A DNA stretch of 33,333 nt from Mycobacteriales bacterium (GTDB lineage Bacteria; Actinomycetota; Actinomycetes; JALYNC01), in contig JBPCOB010000202.1 of the NCBI GenBank assembly GCA_051000715.1, positions 1 to 33,333 of the forward strand. Reading direction: 5' to 3'. The notes below the pieces were generated by a model. That model searched no databases and was not told the DNA's origin. It worked only from the letters and a program-made list of their open reading frames with translations. The translations under genes and the position numbers were made by a program. Positions within the stretch are counted from its first letter, which is position 1. The number at the start of each line of letters is the position of its first letter. Below, in pieces: positions 25,569 through 33,333 of the stretch.

Positions 25569-27968
25569 GTGTCGGAGCGGCCACTTGAGAAGGACACCTG
25601 CCGGGACTACGTCGTCCCGCGTCTTCATGCTGCCGGCTGGCAGGACAGGTACGTCGAGCAGTACCGCATCACGGACGGACGGATCGTGCCCGTGCCGCGA
25701 CGCCCTCGACGCCGACGTGACCACAAGCGCGACGACCCGCTGCGAGCCGACTATGCCCTCGAGTACCAACCCGGCCTTCCCATTGCGGTCGTCGAGGCCA
25801 AGCGCGAGCACAAGTCGGCGGGAACGGGTCTGCAGCAGGCCAAGAGGTATGCCGAGCTGCTGGACGTGCCCTTCGCCTACGCCACCAACGGACGCGGCAT
25901 CGTCGAGCACGACTACGACACCGGTCTGGAGACCAACCGCATGACCTTCCCCACGCCGGACGAGCTCTGGGCCCGTTACCGGTCTTGGAAGGGCCTCGTC
26001 GACGAGACCGCCGTCGACGTCCTCATGCTCCCGTTCAATCGCGATCTTCGCCTCCCCGACGGCCGTATCAAGGAGCCCCGCTACTCCCAGCGGGTGGCCA
26101 TCGAGCGGGCACTCGAGGCGATCTTCAATGAGGGGCGGCCCCGGGTGCTGCTCACGCTGGCGACGGGCACCGGCAAGACGTTCGTCGCGCTCCAGATCAT
26201 CTGGAAGCTGTGGCAGAGCAACTGGCGAGGTGACCGCAAGCCGCGGTTCCTCTACCTGGCTGACCGCAACATCCTCGTCGACCAACCGATCGCCAGGGAG
26301 TTCAAGCCGGTGTTCGGCGACGCCATCTGGAAGATCCAGGGAGAGGCAAAGACCGGACGCGAGGTCTATTTCGCGCTCTACCAGTCGCTCGCCGACAGCG
26401 GTGACGCGCTCGGCGTCTTCCGTGACTACCCGCCGGACTACTTCGACGCGGTCATCGTGGACGAGTGCCACCGAGGCAGCGCGCGCGACGAGTCGAGCTG
26501 GCGCGCAATCCTCGAGCACTTCTCCCCGGCCGTCCAGCTCGGCATGACGGCGACGCCGCTCCGGAAGGAGAACCGGGACTCCTACCGCTACTTCGGTGAC
26601 CCCGTCTACACGTACTCGCTCGCACAAGGCATCGACGACGGGTTCCTGGCGCCCTACCGCGTCCGCCGCGTCGTCCTCAGCCCAGACGCGCACGGTTGGT
26701 CCCCGAGCCCCGGCCAGATCGACCGCTTTGGCCGGGAGATCCCCGAGGAGCTCTACGAGACGCGCCACTTTGAGCGGGTGGTGTCTTTGCTGTCCCGAAC
26801 CCAGGCCGCGGCAAGGCACCTCACCGACTACCTCAAGAGCACCGGCCGGATGGCCAAGACGATCGTGTTCTGCGTCGACTCGGAGCACGCAGATCAAATG
26901 CGCCAGGCGCTCAACAACGCCAACGCCGACCTGGTCCGTCAGTACCCGAACTACGTTGTACGCATCGTCTCCGACGAGGGCGACGTGGGGCGCGAACACC
27001 TCGGCGACTTCGCCGACCCAGAACGCGCCACCCCCGTCATCGCCACCACGTCGCAGCTCCTGTCCACCGGCGTGGACATGCCGACCGTGCGGAACATCGT
27101 GCTCTTCAAGCCCATCGGGTCGATGGTGGACTTCAAGCAGATCATCGGCCGAGGCTCCCGGCTCTATCCGGACGACGACAAGCTCACCTTCGAGATCATC
27201 GACTACTCCGGCGCCACCGGACTCTTCGAGGACCCGGAGTTTGATGGACCTCCCGAGGCGCCTCCGGTCATGGAGGAGATCGACGACGACGGAGACATCG
27301 TGCAGACGACCGAGGTGGCCGAGCCGGAGCCGGTGTACGGCGAGCAGGGCGGGGGAGACGACGTCACCGACGCCGAGGCGCTGGAGGACGAGGGCGCTCG
27401 CAAGTTCTACGTCGATGCGGGCGAGGCGTACGTCGCGGTCGAAGGGATCTATCTTCCGGACCCGGAAAGTGGATGCCTGCGGCTGGCCGAGTACGGCGAC
27501 TACCTGGCCGACGAGGTGCGGCGGTTGTACACGGACGCCAGCGCCTTGCGCTCCACCTGGGCTCGTACTCCCGGGCGTCATGACGTCGCCGAGGTGCTAC
27601 TCGGCCGCGGCATCGACCTCGACGAGGCCGCGGAGCGCCTCCACCTGACCGAGCTGGACCCCCTGGATCTGCTTGTCCATGTGGCCTGGAACGCGCCGGC
27701 GATGACCAGGCGAGAGCGGGCGTACAAGCTGCGCGCGGACCACCGTGAGTTCCTCGACTCCTTCGTCTCTGAGGCGCGGGCCGTGCTCGACGACCTGCTG
27801 GAGAAGTACGCCGAACACGGCGTTGGCCAGCTCGAAGACCTGCGGGTCCTCGAGGTTCCGCCTCTTGACCGTCACGGGAGCGTGGTGGAGATCGCCGAGC
27901 GGTTCGGCGGACGGGTCGGTCTGCAGGACGCCGTTGGGCGACTGGAAGAACTGCTCTACAGCGCGTAG
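25569..27968 (+). CDS. hsdR: Type I restriction enzyme R subunit (EcoAI/EcoEI-like)
   Basis: Nuclease ADY...VVEAK, ATNG, ATGTGKT, DECHRG, MTATP, STGVD, QIIGRG; GTG 25569 lies 7 nt after a TACCGT -10. Confidence 0.93.
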   Translation: MSERPLEKDTCRDYVVPRLHAAGWQDRYVEQYRITDGRIVPVPRRPRRRRDHKRDDPLRADYALEYQPGLPIAVVEAKREHKSAGTGLQQAKRYAELLDVPFAYATNGRGIVEHDYDTGLETNRMTFPTPDELWARYRSWKGLVDETAVDVLMLPFNRDLRLPDGRIKEPRYSQRVAIERALEAIFNEGRPRVLLTLATGTGKTFVALQIIWKLWQSNWRGDRKPRFLYLADRNILVDQPIAREFKPVFGDAIWKIQGEAKTGREVYFALYQSLADSGDALGVFRDYPPDYFDAVIVDECHRGSARDESSWRAILEHFSPAVQLGMTATPLRKENRDSYRYFGDPVYTYSLAQGIDDGFLAPYRVRRVVLSPDAHGWSPSPGQIDRFGREIPEELYETRHFERVVSLLSRTQAAARHLTDYLKSTGRMAKTIVFCVDSEHADQMRQALNNANADLVRQYPNYVVRIVSDEGDVGREHLGDFADPERATPVIATTSQLLSTGVDMPTVRNIVLFKPIGSMVDFKQIIGRGSRLYPDDDKLTFEIIDYSGATGLFEDPEFDGPPEAPPVMEEIDDDGDIVQTTEVAEPEPVYGEQGGGDDVTDAEALEDEGARKFYVDAGEAYVAVEGIYLPDPESGCLRLAEYGDYLADEVRRLYTDASALRSTWARTPGRHDVAEVLLGRGIDLDEAAERLHLTELDPLDLLVHVAWNAPAMTRRERAYKLRADHREFLDSFVSEARAVLDDLLEKYAEHGVGQLEDLRVLEVPPLDRHGSVVEIAERFGGRVGLQDAVGRLEELLYSA

Positions 27969-28039
27969 TTCTCCATCGCGCTCGGAGTTTCACGCCTCCA
28001 TGGCCACGTCGAACTAAAGCTTTCATATAGGATTCCGTC

Positions 28040-28636
28040 GTGCCAGCCAATCGCCAGGACCTGCGCAGGCGACTCGCCGCCCTTGCCGCGACGCAGTCCG
28101 GGCACTTCTCGGCAGCACAGGCGCTGGGGGTTGGGTACTCCTACCAGTCGCAGAAGTTCCATGCCGACCGAGGCAACTGGCAGCGCATCGACCGCGGTCT
28201 GTTCAGGCTGCCCGAGTGGCCGGTCGGCAAGCATGACGATCTCGTGCGTTGGTCGCTGTGGAGCCGTGGTCGGGCCGTCGTGTCGTACGAGACGGCGCTA
28301 TCTGTGCACGATCTAGGGGACGTCAACCCGGCGGTCACGCACCTCACCGTGCCACTGAACTTCCGTCAGCGCGCCGCTGGAGTCGAGCTGCACAAGGCCG
28401 AGATGCCCGCAGGCGACGTGTGGCAGCACGAGGGCTACCGCGTCACGACTCCCATCCGGACCCTGCTCGACATCGCTGCAGGGAACGTGGATCTGGATCA
28501 TCTGGCGGCGGCCATCGACGATGCGTCGACCCGGTGGCCAGCTACTCGGCGGGATCTGCTCTCGCGCGCGGACGATTTCGGCGACCGCGCGGCGCTGCGC
28601 ATAGAACGAGCACTGCAGCAGGTGGCGCTGCCATGA
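28040..28636 (+). CDS. abiEi: Type IV TA antitoxin, AbiEi family
   Basis: AATQSGHFS wHTH, RIDRGLFRL, VVSYETALSVHDL, VTTPIRTLLD. Confidence 0.85.
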   Translation: MPANRQDLRRRLAALAATQSGHFSAAQALGVGYSYQSQKFHADRGNWQRIDRGLFRLPEWPVGKHDDLVRWSLWSRGRAVVSYETALSVHDLGDVNPAVTHLTVPLNFRQRAAGVELHKAEMPAGDVWQHEGYRVTTPIRTLLDIAAGNVDLDHLAAAIDDASTRWPATRRDLLSRADDFGDRAALRIERALQQVALP

Positions 28637-29499
28637 GGTACGCATCCCCGGCGGCCTTTCGAGTAGCGCTGGAGACCAGGCTGCTCGCGCAGTCCCGCGA
28701 GAGTGGGGTCGACCTCAACCGGCTCCGCCGGCGCGCGGTGTTCGAACGAATTCTGAGCCGGCTCGAAGGGGCCGAACCCGGACGGTGGGTCCTCAAGGGC
28801 GGCATGGCGCTGGAGGTGCGATGGCGAGACCGTGCGAGATCCACCCGAGACCTCGACCTTGCACTTCGCGGCGAGGTGGTCGATGCAGCAGGGCTGCGAA
28901 TCGAGATCATTGACGCCTTGTCGCAAGACAACGACGGTGACTGGCTGCAGTTCACGGTGGCCGAGCCGCGCGTCGTCCTACCCGACGAGCTGGGCCGCCC
29001 CGGCTGGCGGTTTGGTGTCGCGGCACAGCTAGCTGGCAAGACGTTCGCGACCGTCTCCGTGGACGTCGTGGTCCGACCGGACGAGCTCACCCGCACCGAA
29101 CGACTCCGCCTGCCCGGCGCTCTTGAGTTCGCCGGGATCGAGACTGCCGACGTCGAGGCCGTAGACCGTGCCCAGCACTTCGCGGAGAAGCTGCACGCAC
29201 TGACCCGCACGTACGGCGAGCGACCCAACACTCGGGTGAAGGACCTGCCGGACCTGCTGCTGCTCATCGAAGACGGAGTGACTCCGAGCGCCGAAATGCG
29301 GTCCGCGGTCGAATCCGTGTTCGCCGCGCGAGGGACCCATCCGGTTCCGAACGAGCTGCCTGACCCGCCGGCGGCTTGGGACAGGCGGTACGCCGATCTC
29401 GCCGCCGACCTCGACATCCGTGCCCGGACCATTGACCAAGCCATGGAGACGTTGCGGGCCTTCTGGTCCGAGAGCCTCTCCACAATCGAGGAGCACTGA
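28633..29499 (+). CDS. abiEii: Type IV TA nucleotidyltransferase toxin, AbiEii/AbiGii family
   Basis: WVLKGGMAL, RSTRDLD, AEKLHA, TRVKDLPD; ATGA overlap with the antitoxin. Confidence 0.88.
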   Translation: MRYASPAAFRVALETRLLAQSRESGVDLNRLRRRAVFERILSRLEGAEPGRWVLKGGMALEVRWRDRARSTRDLDLALRGEVVDAAGLRIEIIDALSQDNDGDWLQFTVAEPRVVLPDELGRPGWRFGVAAQLAGKTFATVSVDVVVRPDELTRTERLRLPGALEFAGIETADVEAVDRAQHFAEKLHALTRTYGERPNTRVKDLPDLLLLIEDGVTPSAEMRSAVESVFAARGTHPVPNELPDPPAAWDRRYADLAADLDIRARTIDQAMETLRAFWSESLSTIEEH

Positions 29500-29502
29500 G
29501 CA

Positions 29503-30984
29503 ATGCCCCGACGCGTCAATGCCGCCATCCCAACCTCGCCGCAGGCGAAGCTCAGCGCCGTCGTTAAGTCCGCCCGGGACACGATGCGTAAGGACGCTGG
29601 ACTCAACGGTGATCTCGACCGGATCCCGCAGCTCGCGTGGCTGCTGTTCCTCAGGGCTTTCGACGGCTTGGAGTCTCGGCGCGAGGTCGTCGATCGGAAG
29701 TTCCGTCCTGCTATTGAGGCGCCCTACCGTTGGCGTGATTGGGCCGCCGACCCGGTGGCCGGCCGCACCGGTGACCGGCTGACCCGTTTCGTCAACAATG
29801 ACCTGCTGCCCTACCTGCGATCGCTGCGCGGCACTGTAAGCGAGGATCCTCGTGACGTCCTGAGCGCGGTCTTCAAGGAGACGTTCAACCGGATGCTGTC
29901 CGGCTACCTGCTGCGCGACGTCGTCAACAAAGTCAACGAGGTCAACTTCGCCTCCGCAGACGATATCCACACCATGGCCCACCTCTACGAGTCCATGCTG
30001 CGCGAGATGCGTGACGCGGCCGGCGACTCAGGTGAGTTCTACACACCTCGGCCTCTCATCCGCTTCGTCACGCAGCAGGTTGACCCGCGGCTCGGCGAGA
30101 CGGTGCTCGACCCCGCTTGCGGCACCGGCGGCTTCTTGGTCGAGACGCTCGAACACCTACGACCGCATCTCCGCAACGTTGAGGAGCTGCGCAGTCTCGA
30201 CCGTGACCTGCGGGGAGTTGAGAAGAAGCCGCTGCCTTACCTCCTCGGCATGATGAACCTTCTCCTCCACGAGGTGCAGCAGCCGCACATCGTGCGCGAC
30301 AACGCCCTCGCCCGGCCGCTGTCAGACATTCGCAAGGCTGACCGTGTCGACGTCGTCCTGACCAACCCCCCGTTCGGCGGCGAGGAGGAGAAGGGGATTC
30401 AGGCGAACTTCCCCGAACCTACGCGCACGGCGGAGACCGCGTGGCTCTTCCTCCAGCTCGTGCAGCGCATCCTCGACCAAGGCGGCCGCTGCGGCATCGT
30501 CGTGCCCAACGGCGTCCTCTTCGCCGATGGCCTCGGTGCCCGCATCAAGGAGCGGCTCCTCGCCGAGTGCAACCTGCACACGGTGGTGCGGCTCCCCCAG
30601 GGAGTGTTTGCCCCGTACACCACGATCCCCACAAACCTGCTCTTCTTCGAGAAGACCGGCCGGACCAAGGAGGTCTGGTTCTACGAGCTGTCACCGCCGC
30701 AAGGGCGAAAGGCGTACAGCAAGACCAAGCCGCTTCGGTTCGAGGAGTTCGCCGACTGTCAGGCCTGGTGGGGCGGCCAGAACAGGAAGGACCGGCAGGA
30801 GACTGAGCACGCCTGGCGGGTGCCGATTGCTGACATCGAGGCCAACTACAACCTGGACCTCCCCAATCCGAACCGAGCCGACGACCTCGCGCACCGCCCG
30901 CCGCAGGAGCTCGTCACCGAACTCCTCAAGACCGAGGAGGAGATCCTCGACCTGCTTCGAGAGATCGAGAGGGAGCTGGCATGA
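29503..30984 (+). CDS. hsdM: Type I R-M N6-adenine methyltransferase subunit
   Basis: MRKDAG, GEFYTPR, DPACGTGGFL, TNPPFG, VVRLP.GVF.PY. Confidence 0.95.
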   Translation: MPRRVNAAIPTSPQAKLSAVVKSARDTMRKDAGLNGDLDRIPQLAWLLFLRAFDGLESRREVVDRKFRPAIEAPYRWRDWAADPVAGRTGDRLTRFVNNDLLPYLRSLRGTVSEDPRDVLSAVFKETFNRMLSGYLLRDVVNKVNEVNFASADDIHTMAHLYESMLREMRDAAGDSGEFYTPRPLIRFVTQQVDPRLGETVLDPACGTGGFLVETLEHLRPHLRNVEELRSLDRDLRGVEKKPLPYLLGMMNLLLHEVQQPHIVRDNALARPLSDIRKADRVDVVLTNPPFGGEEEKGIQANFPEPTRTAETAWLFLQLVQRILDQGGRCGIVVPNGVLFADGLGARIKERLLAECNLHTVVRLPQGVFAPYTTIPTNLLFFEKTGRTKEVWFYELSPPQGRKAYSKTKPLRFEEFADCQAWWGGQNRKDRQETEHAWRVPIADIEANYNLDLPNPNRADDLAHRPPQELVTELLKTEEEILDLLREIERELA

Positions 30985-32150
30985 CAGCCTCGGTCGAGTC
31001 CGTTCGCGTCGGCGACGTGCTTCGGCTCGAGCGCCGGACCGTCGATATCGACCCGCTCACTTCGTACACCCTCGTTGGCATCTACTCCTTCGGGAAGGGC
31101 ATCTTTCATCGTGATCCCAAACGAGGTGTCGAACTGGGCAGCTACCGCTTTCACCGGATCGAGCCAGGCGACCTCGTCCTGAGCAACATTCAGGCCTGGG
31201 AGGGCGCAATTGCGGTCGCCGGGATGCGAGACGCCGGGAGCATCGGAACTCATCGGTTTCTGACGTACGTGCCGCGCGATGGCCGTGTGGACACGAACTA
31301 CATCCGCTACCTGTTGCTCAGCGAGCCGGGGATGGAGCGGATCCGGCGCGCTTCACCAGGATCAATCGTTCGTAACCGCACGCTTGGCATCGACGCCTTC
31401 GAGTCCATCGAGATTTGTCTTCCTCGAATCGATGAACAAAGGCGAGTCGCCGCACGGCTTGATGCGTTGCTCGACATCGCCGGAAGGCTCTCAACAGTCG
31501 CGCGCTGGCGAGCTAAGACTGGCGGAGCATTGTTCGAGGCCATTCTGTCCCGTGAGTTCGCTTCATTGGAGGACGTCTCTGTTATGGGACTCGGGCGGGA
31601 CATAGAGATTGTCTCGGGCGCCACGCCAGACTCTGGAAACCCGACCTACTGGGATGGAGACCTCGTTTGGATCACACCAACGGACCTCGGCGCTCTGAAG
31701 CAGGCCGACGTCATGTCGTCTGCTCGGAAGATCACCCAGGAGGGGTTCGACTCCTGCTCAACCCAGTGGGTGCCTCCGGGAGCGGTCGTCATGTCGAGTC
31801 GTGCTCCGATCGGCCATCTTGGAGTCGCTCGCGTACAACTGTGCACAAACCAAGGTTGCAAGTCGTTCGTCCCGCCCGACGGACTGCTGCCGGAGTACCT
31901 ACGGTTCGCGCTACAGGCAGCGATGCCTCGTATCAGGGCAGCTGGCAGTGGCACTACCTTTAACGAGGTCTCGGTCTCCAAGCTGCGCACGCTGTCAGTG
32001 CCAGCCCCTCCGGTTTCCGTACAGTTGAGGCTCGTTGACAGGCTGCAGCACCTTGAGGAGATCTGCTCGGTCCTAAATCGCCGGCAGCACCGGGTCCTGG
32101 AGCTGTCAGCCGCATTGCGGCTATCTGCTCTCAACGCCGCTCTGTGCTGA
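30981..32150 (+). CDS. hsdS: Type I R-M specificity subunit
   Basis: Two TRDs with conserved spacers LPRIDEQRRV and PPVSVQ; SGATP...WITPTDL, SSRAPIG, TNQG; ATGA overlap with hsdM. Confidence 0.92.
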   Translation: MTASVESVRVGDVLRLERRTVDIDPLTSYTLVGIYSFGKGIFHRDPKRGVELGSYRFHRIEPGDLVLSNIQAWEGAIAVAGMRDAGSIGTHRFLTYVPRDGRVDTNYIRYLLLSEPGMERIRRASPGSIVRNRTLGIDAFESIEICLPRIDEQRRVAARLDALLDIAGRLSTVARWRAKTGGALFEAILSREFASLEDVSVMGLGRDIEIVSGATPDSGNPTYWDGDLVWITPTDLGALKQADVMSSARKITQEGFDSCSTQWVPPGAVVMSSRAPIGHLGVARVQLCTNQGCKSFVPPDGLLPEYLRFALQAAMPRIRAAGSGTTFNEVSVSKLRTLSVPAPPVSVQLRLVDRLQHLEEICSVLNRRQHRVLELSAALRLSALNAALC

Positions 32151-32810
32151 GGCCAAAGCGCGCCTCCACCCGCCCTGTGCCACTACCAAATGGTCAAGCA
32201 GCCGGAGGCCGACGGTCCTGGCTGCTGCCTCAAGAGATCTCGTCGACTCATTGTCGGCGCTGCTGGGCTCGGGCGTTCCGGACGGATGATTGTGTGCCAC
32301 CGCGAAGGCGCGGCCATCGTGCCGCAGGACGGCGTTGAGCGTCTCTCGGATTGGAAGCGAGCACCGATCCATGGAACCCTCCGCCACGGTAACTAGCCGT
32401 CGTACACGGTTACCTGAGTCGCAGACAACAACGATCACGCGTTCGCGACGCAGATCGGTTAGTTCCCACCTTACGACCATGGCGACGTCGGCGGGCGCTC
32501 GGAGCACCAAGCTCGACTGGGTGTTGGCCGACTGGCGACTGAGTTGGAAGGCGGCTACGAGTGCTGCCGCCTTGGCTGGGCCAACGCCGTGGCTACGAAG
32601 CAGCTCCTCAGGGAATGCATGGGCGATTCCACAGAGACCACCGTGCTCTTTCAGGAGCGAGTCAGCCAGCTCGAGCGCGGACGCCTCGCGTGTCCCGTCA
32701 CGCAGGACCAGAGCCAGCAATTCTCGATCGGCCAACGCTCGTGCCCCGCGCGCGACAAGGCGCTGGCGAGGGTGATCCCGCGCCCCGTCGTCCGGGTTCG
32801 CTGGGCACAC
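32121..32810 (-). CDS. radC: RadC-family JAB/MPN protein
   Basis: HPRQRL..GARALADRELLA, HhH GVGPAKA, JAB motif HNHPSG..EPS.AD, LLDH; AAGGAGG RBS before GTG 32810. Confidence 0.9.
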   Translation of the reverse strand: MCPANPDDGARDHPRQRLVARGARALADRELLALVLRDGTREASALELADSLLKEHGGLCGIAHAFPEELLRSHGVGPAKAAALVAAFQLSRQSANTQSSLVLRAPADVAMVVRWELTDLRRERVIVVVCDSGNRVRRLVTVAEGSMDRCSLPIRETLNAVLRHDGRAFAVAHNHPSGTPEPSSADNESTRSLEAAARTVGLRLLDHLVVAQGGWRRALASAQSGVESR

Positions 32811-32976
32811 GGCGGCCGACCTCCTTGCCACCGACGGTAAGGGCGTGGATCGCGCCATACGCCTTGTGGCGGCCACGTTGTGGAGAAGTCCGGGCACCGG
32901 TTCCGGGTGTGGATGACGGCCGCTCCCTCACCTGGGACGAGGGCTGGACGCGATGCGCCGCCAAATGTGCGCGCGG

Positions 32977-33333
32977 TCAGGTGGCGCGGTTCCGAACTCT
33001 CCTGAACGCCGCGAGCGCTAGCTCGTCAGACTCCGGCAGGGTGTGCAGGTACCGCTGGGTTGTCGTGATCTGTGCGTGCCCCATCCGTGCCATGACGGCC
33101 TTGAGGTCGGCGCCGCCGGCCAGTGCCCAGGATGCGTGCGCGTGCCGAAGATCATGGAAGCGGACGTGGAAGCCGAGGTGGGCTCGCTCGAGAGTGGGAA
33201 GCCAGACCCGGGTGCGGAAGGTGTTTGGCCCTGCCCCGGTTTGACGGACATCCACCATCAGGGGTTCGCCCCCGGGAAGGATATCCAGCATGGACAGTGT
33301 GGGGACCAAGAATGCCCGGCCCCGCCGCTCGTT
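32977..33333 (-). CDS. Tyrosine recombinase/integrase, C-terminal part (partial or truncated)
   Basis: FHDLRH, MGH, TTQRY catalytic residues; the frame is open to the window edge and the first catalytic Arg is not visible. Confidence 0.8.
   Translation of the reverse strand, partial: NERRGRAFLVPTLSMLDILPGGEPLMVDVRQTGAGPNTFRTRVWLPTLERAHLGFHVRFHDLRHAHASWALAGGADLKAVMARMGHAQITTTQRYLHTLPESDELALAAFRRVRNRAT

Larger units (their letters stand above)
17069..33333. mobile_element. tRNA-fMet-anchored genomic island / integrative mobilizable element with defence cargo (right end not seen)
   Basis: Core synteny ends at the tRNA; relaxase, excisionase-like HTH, integrase segment, radC, R-M and TA genes follow; codon usage is visibly more A/T-rich in several cargo genes. 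Confidence 0.85.

Noticed and set aside
25341-27581. 746-aa minus-strand ORF
   Set aside because: Antisense shadow of hsdR.
28008-28024. LexA (SOS) box upstream of abiEi
   Set aside because: Only the TCGAAC half-site matches; the second half is not GTTCGA.
17069-33333. attR duplicate of the tRNA 3' end
   Set aside because: No copy of the tRNA 3' sequence was seen in the window; the right boundary is undetermined.

Overview
High-GC actinobacterial chromosome segment in two parts. (1) 1-17068 is largely the conserved core block syntenic with the mycobacterial Rv3193c-Rv3198 region: proline iminopeptidase-like hydrolase, uridine-kinase-like P-loop protein, GAF-ANTAR regulator, mycoredoxin, uvrD2, whiB7/wblC with a complete promoter-uORF-attenuator leader, a small downstream ORF, ABC1/UbiB kinase, ThiF/E1-like protein, DUF5679 zinc ribbon, enoyl-CoA hydratase, zinc-metalloprotease-like protein, moaE, PDZ-Lon, PPA1309-family protein, UPF0182 membrane protein and initiator tRNA-Met. 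A cluster of degenerate DnaA-box-like motifs lies in an intergenic gap near 10.1 kb. (2) 17069-33333 is an accessory island starting at the tRNA 3' end. It carries a tight three-gene operon (SMC/ABC-type ATPase, HEAT-repeat soluble histidine kinase, receiver plus APH-like kinase with a one-base frameshift), which is the best candidate for an uncharacterised defence/conflict system. It also carries an excisionase-like HTH, a MobF relaxase-helicase, a type I R-M system with an AbiEi/AbiEii pair between hsdR and hsdM, radC and the C-terminal part of a tyrosine integrase. All assignments come from motif reading and recalled family knowledge; no database searches were run.
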